Source of the DNA: an uncultured virus (IMG/VR IMGVR_UViG_3300044723_011150)
Taxonomy: Duplodnaviria > Heunggongvirae > Uroviricota > Caudoviricetes
Strand: one strand, 5' to 3'
Length of the DNA: 64,000 nucleotides
Virus record (IMG/VR): IMGVR_UViG_3300044723_011150
Position numbers and translations under genes: made by a program. Numbering within the stretch: the first letter of the stretch is position 1; every line of letters begins with the position of its first letter. The notes below the pieces were generated by a model, which was given only the letters and a program-made list of their open reading frames with translations, ran no database searches and was not told the DNA's origin. Positions 35,602 to 48,100 of this stretch are shown here, piece after piece.

Positions 35602-38600
35602 TGGCAAAAAATGAAATTAATTTAACTATTAAGCTTACCGACAAAGGCAATCTTAAAATAGTTGGACAAAATGCTGAAAAAGCGGCCACAGGCTTAGATA
35701 GAGCTGGAAAATCTGCTCGTACTGCTGATCGAAATCTTAAAGGAGCTGCTCAAACTTCCGCAAATAGTAGCAAAAACTTTTCGAAAATGGCACAAGGCAT
35801 CTCCGGGGGTCTTGTTCCTGCCTATGCGACTCTTGCTGCACAGATATTTGCAGTTAGTGCAGCATTTAACTTTTTAAAAGATGCGGGCCAGCTAGGATTA
35901 CTACAAAGCGGTCAAATTGCTTATGCCGCTGCAACAGGTATATCTCTTAAATCTTTAACAGAAGATATACAAGCAGCAACCGACGCCCAATTAGGCTTTA
36001 GAGACGCTGCTCAGGCGGCGGCAATAGGCACCGCAGCTGGCTTAGATCCCACACAAATTACTCAAGTTGCAAAAGCAGCAAAAGATGCTTCTACTGTTCT
36101 TGGTAGAGATCTTACTGATTCTTTCAATCGTTTAACGAGAGGCATTACAAAAGCTGAGCCAGAATTGTTGGATGAATTAGGTATTATTCTTAGGCTAGAT
36201 ACTGCTACTCAAAACTATGCGGACGCTTTGGGAAGGAGCAAAGATTCTTTAACAGCTTTCGAAAGAAGCCAAGCAGTTGCAAATGAAGTCCTTACTCAAG
36301 CAGAAGAAAAGTATGGAAAGGTACTAGCAGTAACTGGAGGAGGTGCAAATGAATTTGCAAAACTTTCAACAGCTTTTGAAGATATTGTAAATAATTTACG
36401 AAAATTTGCAGTAGACTTTTTAACACCTATTGCTACTACATTACAAGAAATGCCTGCACTTATTTTTGCAGCCTTTGCTCCTTTTGGTGCTCAAGTATTA
36501 AAAACCGCATTACCAGGACTAGAAAAAGTTAGTGGTGCTTTGGATAATATGGCAACTCGAGCTGAAAGCGCTTCCGAAAAGGCTCAAAAATCATTAAAAG
36601 AATCTCTTAAAGATGATGAGCTTGTAAAAAGCTCTGCAGTTTTACAACAAGCATTACAAAAAGAAGTACAAGCAAATGCACAAGTAAGGCTCGCAGACGT
36701 ACAGGCAAATAAAAATAGTCTTTTACAGAAATTAAAAGATGGAAAACAATTAAGTAATGCTCAGATTGCTCAAGTTCGGAAAAATTTGCAAACAGAAGCT
36801 CGTGGTTATAAAATTAAAGATAGAGAAATTAAAGCAAGTTTGCATAGAACTTTAAACGAAATGGAGCGCGCAAATAAACTTACTACAAAAAAGATGGAAC
36901 TTCATTTTAAAACTTTAACTTTTGCAGTTCAGAAAAGCTTTGCAAATATTAAAACATCTGCAGCAGGTTTATTTGCAAGTCTTGTAAGAGGCGCACAAGC
37001 AGCAGGAGCAGGCATTTCTATGGCTTTGAGCGCTATTTCTTGGATTGGTTTAATAGCGAGTTTAGGGGCGTTGGCCGTGTCCTTTTTTCGCTCAGGAAAA
37101 GAAGCAGAAGGAGCAGGGCCCAAATATGATTATTTACAAAGTAAAGTAGAAACTCTTACAGCAGAGACAGAGGAGTTTATTGCAGTTCAAAATATTTTAA
37201 ATGATACTTTTGACTATGGTAATAAAGCAGTAGAAGCTTATGGAAAAAGACTGTCAAATACTTCTACTCAAAAATTAGGAGACGCTTTACAAGGCTCAAA
37301 AGAACTAATAGCTATACAAAAAGAAATAAGCGGAGTAATAGAACAAGCTGAAAAAGATCTTCCTGGGGCTGCTCGCGCATCAGAAGCTTCTCAGCGCACT
37401 TCTAGAAGCATTTTAGAGTCTGGTTCAGGTGCTTCTCCTGTAGCATTTCTTTTTGCCCAAAAGAAGGAAAAAAGTTTAGTAGAAGAAGTAACAGAAATTA
37501 GAAAAAAAGCTACTATGGGGTTGCAGGAGTATATAGAAGCCAAAAAAGAAGAATTAACTCCTGCTGAAAATGCTCTAAAAATATTATTAGACGATAAAAA
37601 AGCTTTGGAGGGGATTACTAACGAACGCTTCCACGCTAGTACTGTTGTTAATTCTTATAAAGCTTCTTTAGATGCATTGGAAAAAAATCAAGAAGTTGAT
37701 ATAGAGTTATTATTAAAACAAAGAACCGCTGTAGAAAGCTTAGCAGCAGAAATAAGTGAATTAACTAGACTACAAACCGAAAACTCAAGAGCTATTTCTA
37801 CGGCGGAGGCTAGAGTACTTCCTTTAAGTGAGTATGATCAACTATTAGTAAATATGAATCAAGAGTTAAGGCTCTTGCAAGATATTGCACTTCAGTATGA
37901 AAAAAATAAGGAAGGACGACAGCTTACTGAAGTAGAGGAAGAAAGGTTAAAATTTTTAAAAGATAGAAAATCTTTAATACAAAGTTTGGCAGATCTTGAA
38001 TTTAAAATCGCTAAAAATACTTTAGCAACAGATACTGCATTAATTACTGCTTCGAGAGGTAAAACAAAGCTAGTTAAAGACGCTATAAAAATAGAAGCAG
38101 ATATAGTAAAAAGTAAAATAAAAGAGTTTGAATTAACTGAAAAAATTAGACAAGCAACTAAGCTAATGGGCGAGGATGAGGGAGCTATTAAAGCCGCTCA
38201 ACTTGCTCGAGACCGTGGAGAAACTCTAACCAGGGATCAACAAACCTTGCTGGATACTAATGTAGCTAGAGAAAGGTCTATTGAGCTCGCAGCAGCAGAA
38301 CTAGGTCTTACTCAAGAAAAAACAGCAGAATTAGAGCTTCAGAAAGATACCTTATTTCAACTTCAACAAGCAGCTCTTCAAGCCTTTGAAACAAGTGTTC
38401 AAAGTAACTTAGCCTCTTTAATAAAGGGAGATGAAAGTAGCTTAAAAGATGCAATGCTTTCCATTGCCCAATCAACGCTATCAGCAGTTGCAGATACACT
38501 AGCTCAGCAAATGACACAAGGGTTGATGGAGAGTCTTTTTGGAATAATGTCCCCAGAAGAAAGAATTAAGCAAAAAATGCTAGAAGCAGCGGAAGAACAC

Positions 38601-39356
38601 GGTAGAATTGTAGAAGCTGCTGTAAGAGGTGAAAGTGTAACTCCATTAGGGGAAATTCAAAAAACAGCAATGGGTAATGATAGCTCTACAACACCGGAGA
38701 AAAAAAGTATAATGGAAAAACTCTTTGGCAGAGAGACTACAGGTAAAGTTACGGTAGGAAATGAAACAGAAGGCTATACAGAAAGTTCTAAAACTCGAAG
38801 AACCGGAGGAATTTTTAGTGGGTTCATTAATGCTTTCTCTGATGTTTTTGATAAGAATATAGACGGCGGATTCCTTGAAAAGATGGGAGGAGTCTTCCAA
38901 GAGGGCGGTAGTCTTTTTGCAGACTTATTTAAATCTCTTCCAGACCTTCTTGGAAGTTTATTCGGAGGTGCCGGAGGTGGCGGTATAGGAGGGTTGTTTA
39001 GTCTTTTCTTCGCCAACGGCGGAATTGCAAAAGGCGGCTTTCGTTCCGCAGCATATGCAAATGGAGGAATTGCAAAAAGTCCTACAGTAGGTCTTGTTGG
39101 CGAAGGTAAGTATAATGAAGCAATTGTTCCTCTTCCTGATGGTAAGTCAATTCCTGTCAGCATGGGTCGAGGAATGGGTCAGCAAAATAATGTTACGGTA
39201 AATGTTTCAATTGATAGCAATGGCAATACTAATCAAAATAGTGAAGGCGATCAGCAAGGAATGGATCTAGGAAGAGTTATTGCTAGTGCCGTACAGCAAG
39301 AATTGTTAAATCAAAAAAGACAGGGCGGTATACTTAATCCGAACGGAGTATCCTAA
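35601..39356 (+). CDS. Tape measure protein
   Basis: 1251 aa, Ala/Leu-rich helical; DSFNRLTRGITKAEPELLDELGI; hydrophobic segments; C-terminal ANGG...VGEG..EAIVPL. Confidence 0.92.
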   Translation: MAKNEINLTIKLTDKGNLKIVGQNAEKAATGLDRAGKSARTADRNLKGAAQTSANSSKNFSKMAQGISGGLVPAYATLAAQIFAVSAAFNFLKDAGQLGLLQSGQIAYAAATGISLKSLTEDIQAATDAQLGFRDAAQAAAIGTAAGLDPTQITQVAKAAKDASTVLGRDLTDSFNRLTRGITKAEPELLDELGIILRLDTATQNYADALGRSKDSLTAFERSQAVANEVLTQAEEKYGKVLAVTGGGANEFAKLSTAFEDIVNNLRKFAVDFLTPIATTLQEMPALIFAAFAPFGAQVLKTALPGLEKVSGALDNMATRAESASEKAQKSLKESLKDDELVKSSAVLQQALQKEVQANAQVRLADVQANKNSLLQKLKDGKQLSNAQIAQVRKNLQTEARGYKIKDREIKASLHRTLNEMERANKLTTKKMELHFKTLTFAVQKSFANIKTSAAGLFASLVRGAQAAGAGISMALSAISWIGLIASLGALAVSFFRSGKEAEGAGPKYDYLQSKVETLTAETEEFIAVQNILNDTFDYGNKAVEAYGKRLSNTSTQKLGDALQGSKELIAIQKEISGVIEQAEKDLPGAARASEASQRTSRSILESGSGASPVAFLFAQKKEKSLVEEVTEIRKKATMGLQEYIEAKKEELTPAENALKILLDDKKALEGITNERFHASTVVNSYKASLDALEKNQEVDIELLLKQRTAVESLAAEISELTRLQTENSRAISTAEARVLPLSEYDQLLVNMNQELRLLQDIALQYEKNKEGRQLTEVEEERLKFLKDRKSLIQSLADLEFKIAKNTLATDTALITASRGKTKLVKDAIKIEADIVKSKIKEFELTEKIRQATKLMGEDEGAIKAAQLARDRGETLTRDQQTLLDTNVARERSIELAAAELGLTQEKTAELELQKDTLFQLQQAALQAFETSVQSNLASLIKGDESSLKDAMLSIAQSTLSAVADTLAQQMTQGLMESLFGIMSPEERIKQKMLEAAEEHGRIVEAAVRGESVTPLGEIQKTAMGNDSSTTPEKKSIMEKLFGRETTGKVTVGNETEGYTESSKTRRTGGIFSGFINAFSDVFDKNIDGGFLEKMGGVFQEGGSLFADLFKSLPDLLGSLFGGAGGGGIGGLFSLFFANGGIAKGGFRSAAYANGGIAKSPTVGLVGEGKYNEAIVPLPDGKSIPVSMGRGMGQQNNVTVNVSIDSNGNTNQNSEGDQQGMDLGRVIASAVQQELLNQKRQGGILNPNGVS

Positions 39357-39754
39357 TGGCAGTCTATAAGATAAAAATACCTGTAGGAGGCTATGATGGA
39401 ACAAATCCTACTTCTGCTACTGAAATTGCTGTGGATAGAAACTCTACAAGACAAGTAAAGCAACGAATTCTTACTGCTCAATTTGGAGATGGATATTCTC
39501 AAAGAGTAAAAAATGGAATAAATCCTACTGATGAAACTTTTAATGTAAAATTCTCAAATCGCTCTAGAGCAGAAATAAATAAGCTTGCAGCATTCTTAAA
39601 TAGACAAGCTGGTAAACATTTTGAGTTAGTAATTACAGAGTACGATGATACAGACGTAACAATTAAAGTATTGTCAGAAGAGTATAATATTAATTATATT
39701 AATACCGAATTGCATACACTTACAACAACTTTAAAGAGAGTTTATGAGCCGTGA
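39356..39754 (+). CDS. Distal/minor tail protein, lambda gpM-like
   Basis: AQFGDGYSQR..NGINP...LKRVYEP. Confidence 0.85.
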   Translation: MAVYKIKIPVGGYDGTNPTSATEIAVDRNSTRQVKQRILTAQFGDGYSQRVKNGINPTDETFNVKFSNRSRAEINKLAAFLNRQAGKHFELVITEYDDTDVTIKVLSEEYNINYINTELHTLTTTLKRVYEP

Positions 39755-40734
39755 CAGACTTAGTAGATACCGTACAAAAGCAAGAAATAGTAGATGGGGA
39801 TGGAAACTTAGACTCTCTTGTAGAGTTATTTGATATAACTCTTCCAGGATATGACTCTGGTGATCTTGCAGGAACTTTTTATCTTTTTAATGGTACCGAT
39901 TTAGAGCAAGCAGGAAATAAGATAGAGTTTGCACAAAATGACTATGAAGCAATTCCAATTCAGATAACTGGAATAGAAATTGCATCTTCTGGAGCAATTG
40001 CAAGACCTACTTTAACTGTTGCAAATATTCCTGTACTTACAAAAACTCGAGATAGCAGTGAAACTGTTTTGCAAAGTATACGAAATGATTCAGGCTTAAA
40101 TCTTCCCTTTGAAAGAAACGATGATTTAATTGGAACCCGCGTAGTTTATAGACAAGCTTTTTTATCTGATTGTAATACAGACGCAGCAATTCCTGACGAA
40201 CTACCTTCGCAAACTTATTATATAGATAGGATTTCTTCTGAAAATAATATTTTTGTAACTTTTGAGCTGGCTTCCCCAATGGATTTAGAGAGAGTAAGAA
40301 TTCCTGCCCGAAACGTCATTGGACAATATTGCCCTTGGCAGTATCAAGGAAGAGATTTGGGCTTTGGCGGTGGCTGTACTTGGAGATATAAAGAAAGTGA
40401 GCAGCATAGGTTTTTTCGAAAAGACGACACAGAAATAACAGGCACTATAAATGCTTGGAGCGCAACATATAATAATCCCAATGGTTATTCTGCAGGAGAT
40501 ATAGTAAAAACAACGAATGCTACTACAAGTAGAGTTCAGATATGGGAAGCACTTTTTGATAACTATGGAAAAGATCCTGAAACGAATAGACAGTATTGGA
40601 AAAGAATTGATTTATGCGGAAAAACTATGAATTCTTGTAAAATTCGTTTTCAAGGAAATGCTACAGATACTACTTTAAATACAGAAGTGCCTTTACCTTT
40701 TGGAGGCTTCCCCGGATCGAAGAAGTTTAAGTGA
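39751..40734 (+). CDS. Minor tail protein L-like (Fe-S-binding Cys pattern)
   Basis: RPTLTVAN, FELASP.D, CPWQY..C and CGK...SCKIRF...PFGGFPG. Confidence 0.88.
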   Translation: MTDLVDTVQKQEIVDGDGNLDSLVELFDITLPGYDSGDLAGTFYLFNGTDLEQAGNKIEFAQNDYEAIPIQITGIEIASSGAIARPTLTVANIPVLTKTRDSSETVLQSIRNDSGLNLPFERNDDLIGTRVVYRQAFLSDCNTDAAIPDELPSQTYYIDRISSENNIFVTFELASPMDLERVRIPARNVIGQYCPWQYQGRDLGFGGGCTWRYKESEQHRFFRKDDTEITGTINAWSATYNNPNGYSAGDIVKTTNATTSRVQIWEALFDNYGKDPETNRQYWKRIDLCGKTMNSCKIRFQGNATDTTLNTEVPLPFGGFPGSKKFK

Positions 40735-41420
40735 TTGAGAGAATACAAGCGCACTTTGAAAAAGAGTATCCTCGAGAAGGTTGTGGTATAATCGGAATTG
40801 TAAAAGGAAAGAAAGAATGGTTTCCCTGTTCAAATATTGCAAAGGATACTGAAAGTTTTATTTTTTCCTCCAAACAGTACTTAGATGTAAAGAAAAGAGC
40901 TGATATATTTGCAATTGTACATAGCCATCCCGATGCATCAAATGAAGCTTCTCAACATGATATTGATTGCTGTAATGCTCTAGGAATACCTTACTATATT
41001 TTTAGTTATCCAGAGATGGAACTAAATATTGTAGAACCTAAAAAAGCAGCATATCCCTTAATTGGTAGAGAGTATGAATTTGGCGTAAAAGATTGTTTTG
41101 AAGCACTTCGAGATTGGCTTTTAAAAGAAGGAATAAATATTCCCGCAAGAGAACCTTTCGAAGATAACTGGTGGCAGAAAAATAACTTAGACTATTTTAC
41201 AGAAGAAAATATATTAAATTGGAACCATAAAAAAGTAAATAATTTACAAAAAAATGACGTACTTATTTTTAAAGTACGAGGAAAGGTAGCAAACCATTGT
41301 GGAGTCTACCTGGGAAATGATGTATTCTTTCATCATGCAGAAAACAGACTGTCTTGCAGAGAAAACTTATATCCTTTCTGGGCAGAGCATTTAGTAGGAA
41401 TTTATAGATATGCTGCGTAA
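40731..41420 (+). CDS. Tail assembly protein K-like (JAB/MPN plus NlpC/P60)
   Basis: PREGCG, VHSHPD...S..D; GVKDCF, NHCGVYLG, FFHH. Confidence 0.9.
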   Translation: MIERIQAHFEKEYPREGCGIIGIVKGKKEWFPCSNIAKDTESFIFSSKQYLDVKKRADIFAIVHSHPDASNEASQHDIDCCNALGIPYYIFSYPEMELNIVEPKKAAYPLIGREYEFGVKDCFEALRDWLLKEGINIPAREPFEDNWWQKNNLDYFTEENILNWNHKKVNNLQKNDVLIFKVRGKVANHCGVYLGNDVFFHHAENRLSCRENLYPFWAEHLVGIYRYAA

Positions 41421-42144
41421 AATATATTTAGAAGGTGAAATTGCAGATAAATTTGGGCACGAATTTGAAATGAATGTTTCTTCTTTTGGGGAAGCGTTAC
41501 AGTGCTTAGAATTAAATTTTTCAGAATTTCGAGAATATCTAATAGAGTGCCATGAGAAAGGAATTGGGTTTATTTGTTCTGTAGATAGCCAACCGCTGAA
41601 TCAAGAAGAAAAATTATTATTGCAATATCCTAAAGGTTCGTTTACGATACAAGCTGTACCTGCAGGGTCTAAAGGAGGTTTAGGAAAAATATTTGCAGCA
41701 ATTGCTATAGTAGCATTAATTATAGCAAATCCGGGCAATATATTTATACTCGAAGGAGCCCTAACAACTTGGGGGACTATTGCAGCAAGTCTTGCAATTA
41801 ATCTAGCTTTAACAGGTATTCAAGAACTGATGGCACCCGATCCCTCTGTAGATACACAACAAGATGAAAGTTACCTATTTCAGGGGTCGTCTCAAAATAT
41901 AATAGAAGGAGACCCTGTACCAATACTCTATGGGCAGCTCAGAATTCCTGGGCGTCCTATCTCTTTTGAAATAAAAAATGCAGAAAGACAGTTTATAGAT
42001 TATATTCAAACTGGTCAAAATTCAGTAGTGCCTCCGATAGATGGCGGAGACGGGGGAGGCGGAGGCTATGGCGCTCCTGATACACTTCCTGATTTTGATT
42101 GGGGTAAAATTCAGAGAACTGATCTACCTACTTGGAGTCCATAA
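41410..42144 (+). CDS. Tail assembly protein I-like
   Basis: IYLEG..ADKFG, VPAGSKGG, SYLF.G..N...EGDPVPILYG. Confidence 0.88.
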   Translation: MLRKIYLEGEIADKFGHEFEMNVSSFGEALQCLELNFSEFREYLIECHEKGIGFICSVDSQPLNQEEKLLLQYPKGSFTIQAVPAGSKGGLGKIFAAIAIVALIIANPGNIFILEGALTTWGTIAASLAINLALTGIQELMAPDPSVDTQQDESYLFQGSSQNIIEGDPVPILYGQLRIPGRPISFEIKNAERQFIDYIQTGQNSVVPPIDGGDGGGGGYGAPDTLPDFDWGKIQRTDLPTWSP

Positions 42145-45100
42145 TGGCCGGAGGATCATCAAAACAGTATATAGGACTTGTAGACTTACTTTGTGAGGGG
42201 CCTATTCGTGGACTTGTAAACGGTAAAAATTCTGTTTATATTAACGATGTTCCGTTTGAAAACTCCAGTCTAGTTGGTACGTATAACGAAGAGCAAACAA
42301 GTGTTTTTAAACAGCCCACTTTAAGCTATACTGCAAATGCTACATCTATGGATGTTTCGGGCGTTACTTTAACTGACAAAGACATTGGAAAATTTGCCCA
42401 TATTGAAGTAGAATCTATTACAGGCTGTAACCTTGTTCGTTCACCTATTAGTTTTTCTGGAGTAAATGAAACTTATTTATCTCTTTCGGGCACAGGAATC
42501 GACTCCGATTTTAGCACTCTTACGGATAATTTATCTTATGTAAAAGTAAAAAATAGTGATGGAGTATCCTTTTATGCAGATGCTAAATATATTTCTGGAA
42601 CAAGTGTTAGTCTATATGTTTCTTCTCGAAGTATAAGTAATCAACTAATTACGAGTACAGGCTGGACAATTACTTTAATTAAAGCAGTAGAGGTAACAGG
42701 ACGTACAGACTCTGATACTTTTACAATAAATAGTGCTTTTCATACGAGTAATTTAACAGATGTTAATTTCTTTTTTTCGGATGCTCCAGCAAGAGAAAGC
42801 ACTACTACTGGTATAGTAAATAATATTTCTAAATTTGATGGATCGACTCTTCAATTTAGAAAAGGTACACTAACTCAAGCTCCAATGCAGCAAGTTAATA
42901 GCTTATCTGGCGGAGTTACTATAACGGGTAGTGGGAATGCAAGAAGTTTACAGCAATCTACCGATGCAAATAGTACTTATGGTTTAACTTTATATAATAC
43001 AACTGGTTATCCAGAAAATCAGTCTTTCCCGGCAGACGTAGGAAATGCAGCTTTAGTAATTTCTAGTGGCTCTCCTGCGGGAGGTATGGGATTTGGATTA
43101 AATGCTGCTCAAGTAAAGCAGGTAAGTGAATTAAATATCCGAATAAATTATTCTGCACTTATAACTCATAATAATAAAAATGGTGATAAATCTTCTGCAA
43201 GTGCAATTTATGTTTTCTTACTAGAGCTTAAAAAACCTGGAGAAGCAAGTTTTAATGATCCTATAACTTTATTCTCTAATCATGGGGGTGAAGTAGTTCA
43301 TACTGATCAAACTACTGCTCCGGTTTCTTTCGATCACATAATTGGATTGGACAGATTCAAACCCTTTGATGATTTTAAAATCACTATAGTTAGATTGACT
43401 CGAGATGCGGGTCTGCCTGTTCGTGCGAATGGAGGTACTGGAGGAGAAACTGATAGAGGCAAGTTTACTCTGCAAGCAGCGTCTTCGATTACAGGAGCAA
43501 ATCTTAGCGCAACCATAAAAGATAAATTTAGCTATCCTTATACTGCCCATGCTGCAGTTTCTTTTTCTTCAAAAACCTATGACAGTCTTCCAAGCCGAAG
43601 TTACCTTCTTCAAGGATTGAAAGTACAAATTCCTACTTCTTACACTCCTCGAGAGTATACAGACAATGGAGTAGCAGTTTATGAAAATTATTGGAATGGT
43701 GAATTTAAAACTACACAGCTCGATAGCAATACTAGTGTTCCTTTATTGTATTACACCGATAATCCTGCTTGGGTATTTTATGATATCGTAACGAATAATC
43801 GTTACGGGGCGGGAGAGTGGATAGATGCAGATTTTATAAATAAGTTTGCACTGTACAGAATTGCAAAATATTGTGATGAACTCGTAGATGATGGAAATGG
43901 TGGCACAGAGCCTAGATTTAGGGCAAATTTATATCTAGCAAAGTCTACAGAAGTATACAAAGTTCTTAAAGATATGGCAACTATTTTTACCGGAATGCTT
44001 TATTGGCTGGACGGTAAACTTACTGCTGTGCAAGACGTTCCTTCAGAGCCTATCTATAATTTCTCAAAAGCAAATGTTATAGATGGAGTTTTTAACTATG
44101 AAAGTACGGGCAGAAAAACTCGAGTCAATCAAGTAGTAGTTACTTGGAATGATCCTATTGCAAACTATGAGCCTGTGCCTCTTATTGTGGAAGATAGAGA
44201 GGCAATTGTTAAAGCAGGTCGCATAATTTCTCAAAATTCTGTGGCAATGGGAGCGACTTCAGAAGGTCAGGCATTAAGATATGGTAGATGGAAACTATGG
44301 ACTGCTCAGAACCAAAAGGAAGTTGTAAGTTTTAAAACCGGCTTGCAGGGTGCTTTCATTCGTCCCGGGGATATTATTAATGTTCAAGATAGAGATAGAT
44401 ATGGTGTAGACTATAGTGGTTTAACGAGTAGTACTACTTCTGCAACTGCCTCTTCAGTAACTCTTGATAGAAAACTTACAAATGTTGCCAATGCTTCTAA
44501 GCATAAGTTTAGCACAATTGTAGACAGTTATGCGGCTTTTTATACGGGCTTAAACCCTGTAACTATAGATGGAGAAACATACAATAAGGGTGATAGAATT
44601 CTCGGACAAGTATATTTGTATGACCCCGACACAAATACATATGGATTAGATTCCATTGCTAACGAAAGAGATGCAAGCAACGCTTTTCAAAATTCAACAG
44701 GCACTCCTCTGCAAACAGAGTGGAAACCGTATACTTATGTACTTACAAAAGTTGTAACTCTTGATAATACTGGGGACGTCTCTGTAGTTACAATTGATAC
44801 AACTGTAGATGCTTCTATTCCTGCAATTGAAAGAACAAACTATTCTGGAGATGCTCCTGCATTAGGAACTTTATGGGTTCTTCAAGCTTTGGATGCAAAT
44901 GATCAAAATATACTCGGTTCAAAGAAAGAGTATAGAGTCTTAGGGATTCAGCACGAGGATAATAAAAATACCTATTCAATAACAGCAGTAGAATACTACA
45001 TAGAAAAATATGATGCAGTTGATAAAGACTATGAACTTGGAACTACTCCTTCAAATGTATTTCCTACTGTTGAAGATCCTAACGAAGAAGTTCCAGCGCC

Positions 45101-48100
45101 TGACAATATTTATGTAGCACTAGATAGTGACTCTGCAAAGCCTGGAGAGGAAATAATAGTAACTTGGGGAACTCCTCGGGAAACCTTCTTAGATTTACTA
45201 GATACTGTACGAAGTAGAAATTACTCCTTTATTGATAAATATGAGTTATATCATAATATTCCTCATATAGAATCCCCAATTGTAACAAGTCGTTTATCTT
45301 ACAGGTTTGAAAATCTAGAAGATGGACTCTATACATTTAGAGTACGTGCAGTTTCCCGTAAGCAGAATTATTCTGACTTTGTATCTACACAGTATGAGGT
45401 AAATGATGTTTACGGCTCTATAGTACCTAGAATTGTTGGGGGACTGCCAAAAGGAATAGTAGCAAATTCTCAAATTTCATATGCCTACGATGCCAATGCC
45501 AGTTCTCAACAAGGAGGCACTGAGGCGGTTAGATTTATTGAAGGAAGCGCTGCTACAGGATTCTCTATAGGAAACCTTTTGTCAGGAGATAATTCTCCGT
45601 CGGCAAGTCTTTCAAATATAAATGTAAGCGGATTAGTAGATAAAGTTGCCCAAGAATGGTACTATTTATTATTTGATGGAGGTAGCGGAAATTTACTTTA
45701 TTGGGATACTGATACGTTACAAACTCTTCCATTTTATAATAAAATACCGGGGGGAAGTTGGAGAGGTTCCGCTATAAGCGGTTGGAGCTCTAAAACGGGC
45801 GGATATACTTTAGCAGCTGATTCTACAAGAATTACTTTTAATAGTTCCAATTCTTCATTAAAAATTGGAGACATTATTGCATTTGAAAATATTAATGAAG
45901 TAGAAGCAGTATCTATTAATTCTGTAACTCCTACATCGGGCTCCTATCGAATAGGAATACTTACAGATTTTGATAACTATTTGATAGCGAATGGCGATAA
46001 AGTTAAACTTGAAAATGCAACTTTTACAGGCAGTGGCACAGATTTTAACAATAAAGAGTATTATGCAAAAAGAATAAGTACAACTGTAATTGAGCTATAT
46101 AAGGATGAGGCTTTATCAGAAAATGTTACGTCATCTGATATTGGGAAAACGTGGGATGCAGGCGGATGGGTTCGAAGAATTGAAGTAAAAGGCGCAAAAG
46201 TAACCGCAAAAGTTTCAAATACTGAGGCAATACTTGATAGAAGCTTTTCTTCGGCCTTGACTTCTTCGAATGCTTATTATGTAAGAAACTTCCAGCCAGA
46301 TTTTAAAGATGATGCAGTATTTGGCAGAGTTCGTTGGAACTCTACAGATGCGCAAACTCTAGTCAATAGTTTTTCTGTGGACTCATTTATACAGTTAGAT
46401 CCAAGTCTTACTTCCGGTAAAGCCGTTTTAGTAACACCGAGCTTGGAAACAATTCGATACGAAACGAGTGGCGATGGCACTACAGTTACTCAAACTTCAG
46501 ACTTTGAGTCTTTGACTGCAACTGTAACTGCTCTTGGATTTATAAAACCTCAATTTCGTTTAACTTCTTATCGAGTTAACGGAGAGAATACTACTGATTT
46601 AAATGAAACAATATCCACAAGTTTTGCAGAGCCTGATGAAGTTGGCGGATTCACAAAAGAATTTACAATTAATAATGACAATGATGTAGACTATGGAACC
46701 GGAGCAGATGCAGGCGCTCCTATCGTAATAACAGCAGAAGTTCGAGAAGCGAATAACGTTGGAATTAATGCTTTTGGTAGTGGTGATATTCTAAGGGTAA
46801 AAGATGGTGCCGCAGGAACTCAAGGCAGAACGGTAGAATTAACAGCAGAAGACTATACTATCGTATATGATGCGGACGGTGAAAATCCACAATTTGAAGG
46901 AAGCGATAACAACCTTACTCTTACCTCAACTTCTCGTAATTTTGGAGCAAATCCATTATTCAGAATTACAGTAGATAGTAATAATGCGCCAGCTACTACT
47001 TTTTCTAGCTGGGGTAACGGAACTTCTGGAACTGACAATAGTATATATAGTACTTATATTGTTCCTCCTACTTTGAAACCTAGCTACTCAAGTAAAGTAA
47101 TTGAAGTTCAAGTAGCTGAAAGACCCGAGAACTGGAATGCTGCCACTCAACAAGGGCAAGATAGTCAAGGAAATGCTATAACTCCGACGGCAGGAGCATC
47201 TGATAGTATTTCTATTCTTTACTTGCAGCAGGGCGAAGGCGGTTATGCAATTTCAAACTCTAACTTTGCTCATTCTTATTCTACAGATTCAAAGGGCGAG
47301 TTTACTACAACTGATAGCAATAATAATAATATTATTGCAAACTCGGGTACTACGATAGAGGTCTTAATAGGAGGAACTCGAGGAACTTATAGAGGTACAA
47401 GTAATGGAACTGCTTCTTCTGGAGGTTTTTCTGGAACTCTTGATCCAGGAGACTGGTATGTTGTAAGTGCTGTTTCTAGTACAAGCGAATTTTCTGCCGG
47501 CACTATTACTGCTTCAAATAATATTATAACAATTTCACCAGTACAAGTAGATACAAGTATTGGGTACGGGGAAGACGATGAAACAATTACTTGGACTCTC
47601 CGAGTAGGAACTCGTGCTGGTACCACAATTGATTTAACCACTATTCAAAGTCTCAGTAAGTCCAGAAGAGGCACTGACAGTACTGTAATTGAGCTTACAA
47701 ATGATGCAGAAACTGTTGGGGGTACTGAAAATCAAGCTTTATCTAATCTGTCCCTTTCTACAACGGCTCAAATATTTGCAGGAATAGCCGATGTTTCATC
47801 TTCTTGGGATTTCACTGCTACAGCAGCTACAGGTATTACAGTAAATACTCCAGGTACGGGCACAGACGGAAACATATTTACTGTTACAGCATTAAGTTCT
47901 TCTTTCACATCCGGAAACGTTGTTATTACTGCTGCAGCAAAGAATACCGGGGATTTTGCAGGTTCCGCAAATAAAACTGCTAATTTTACAATTACAAAAG
48001 TTAATAATGGAGAAGACGGAGTCTCTTATCGTATTACAACTTCGGATACAGCGGTCGTGTATGACCCCAATAGTAACCCTGTTTCTTGGTCTCCAACCAG

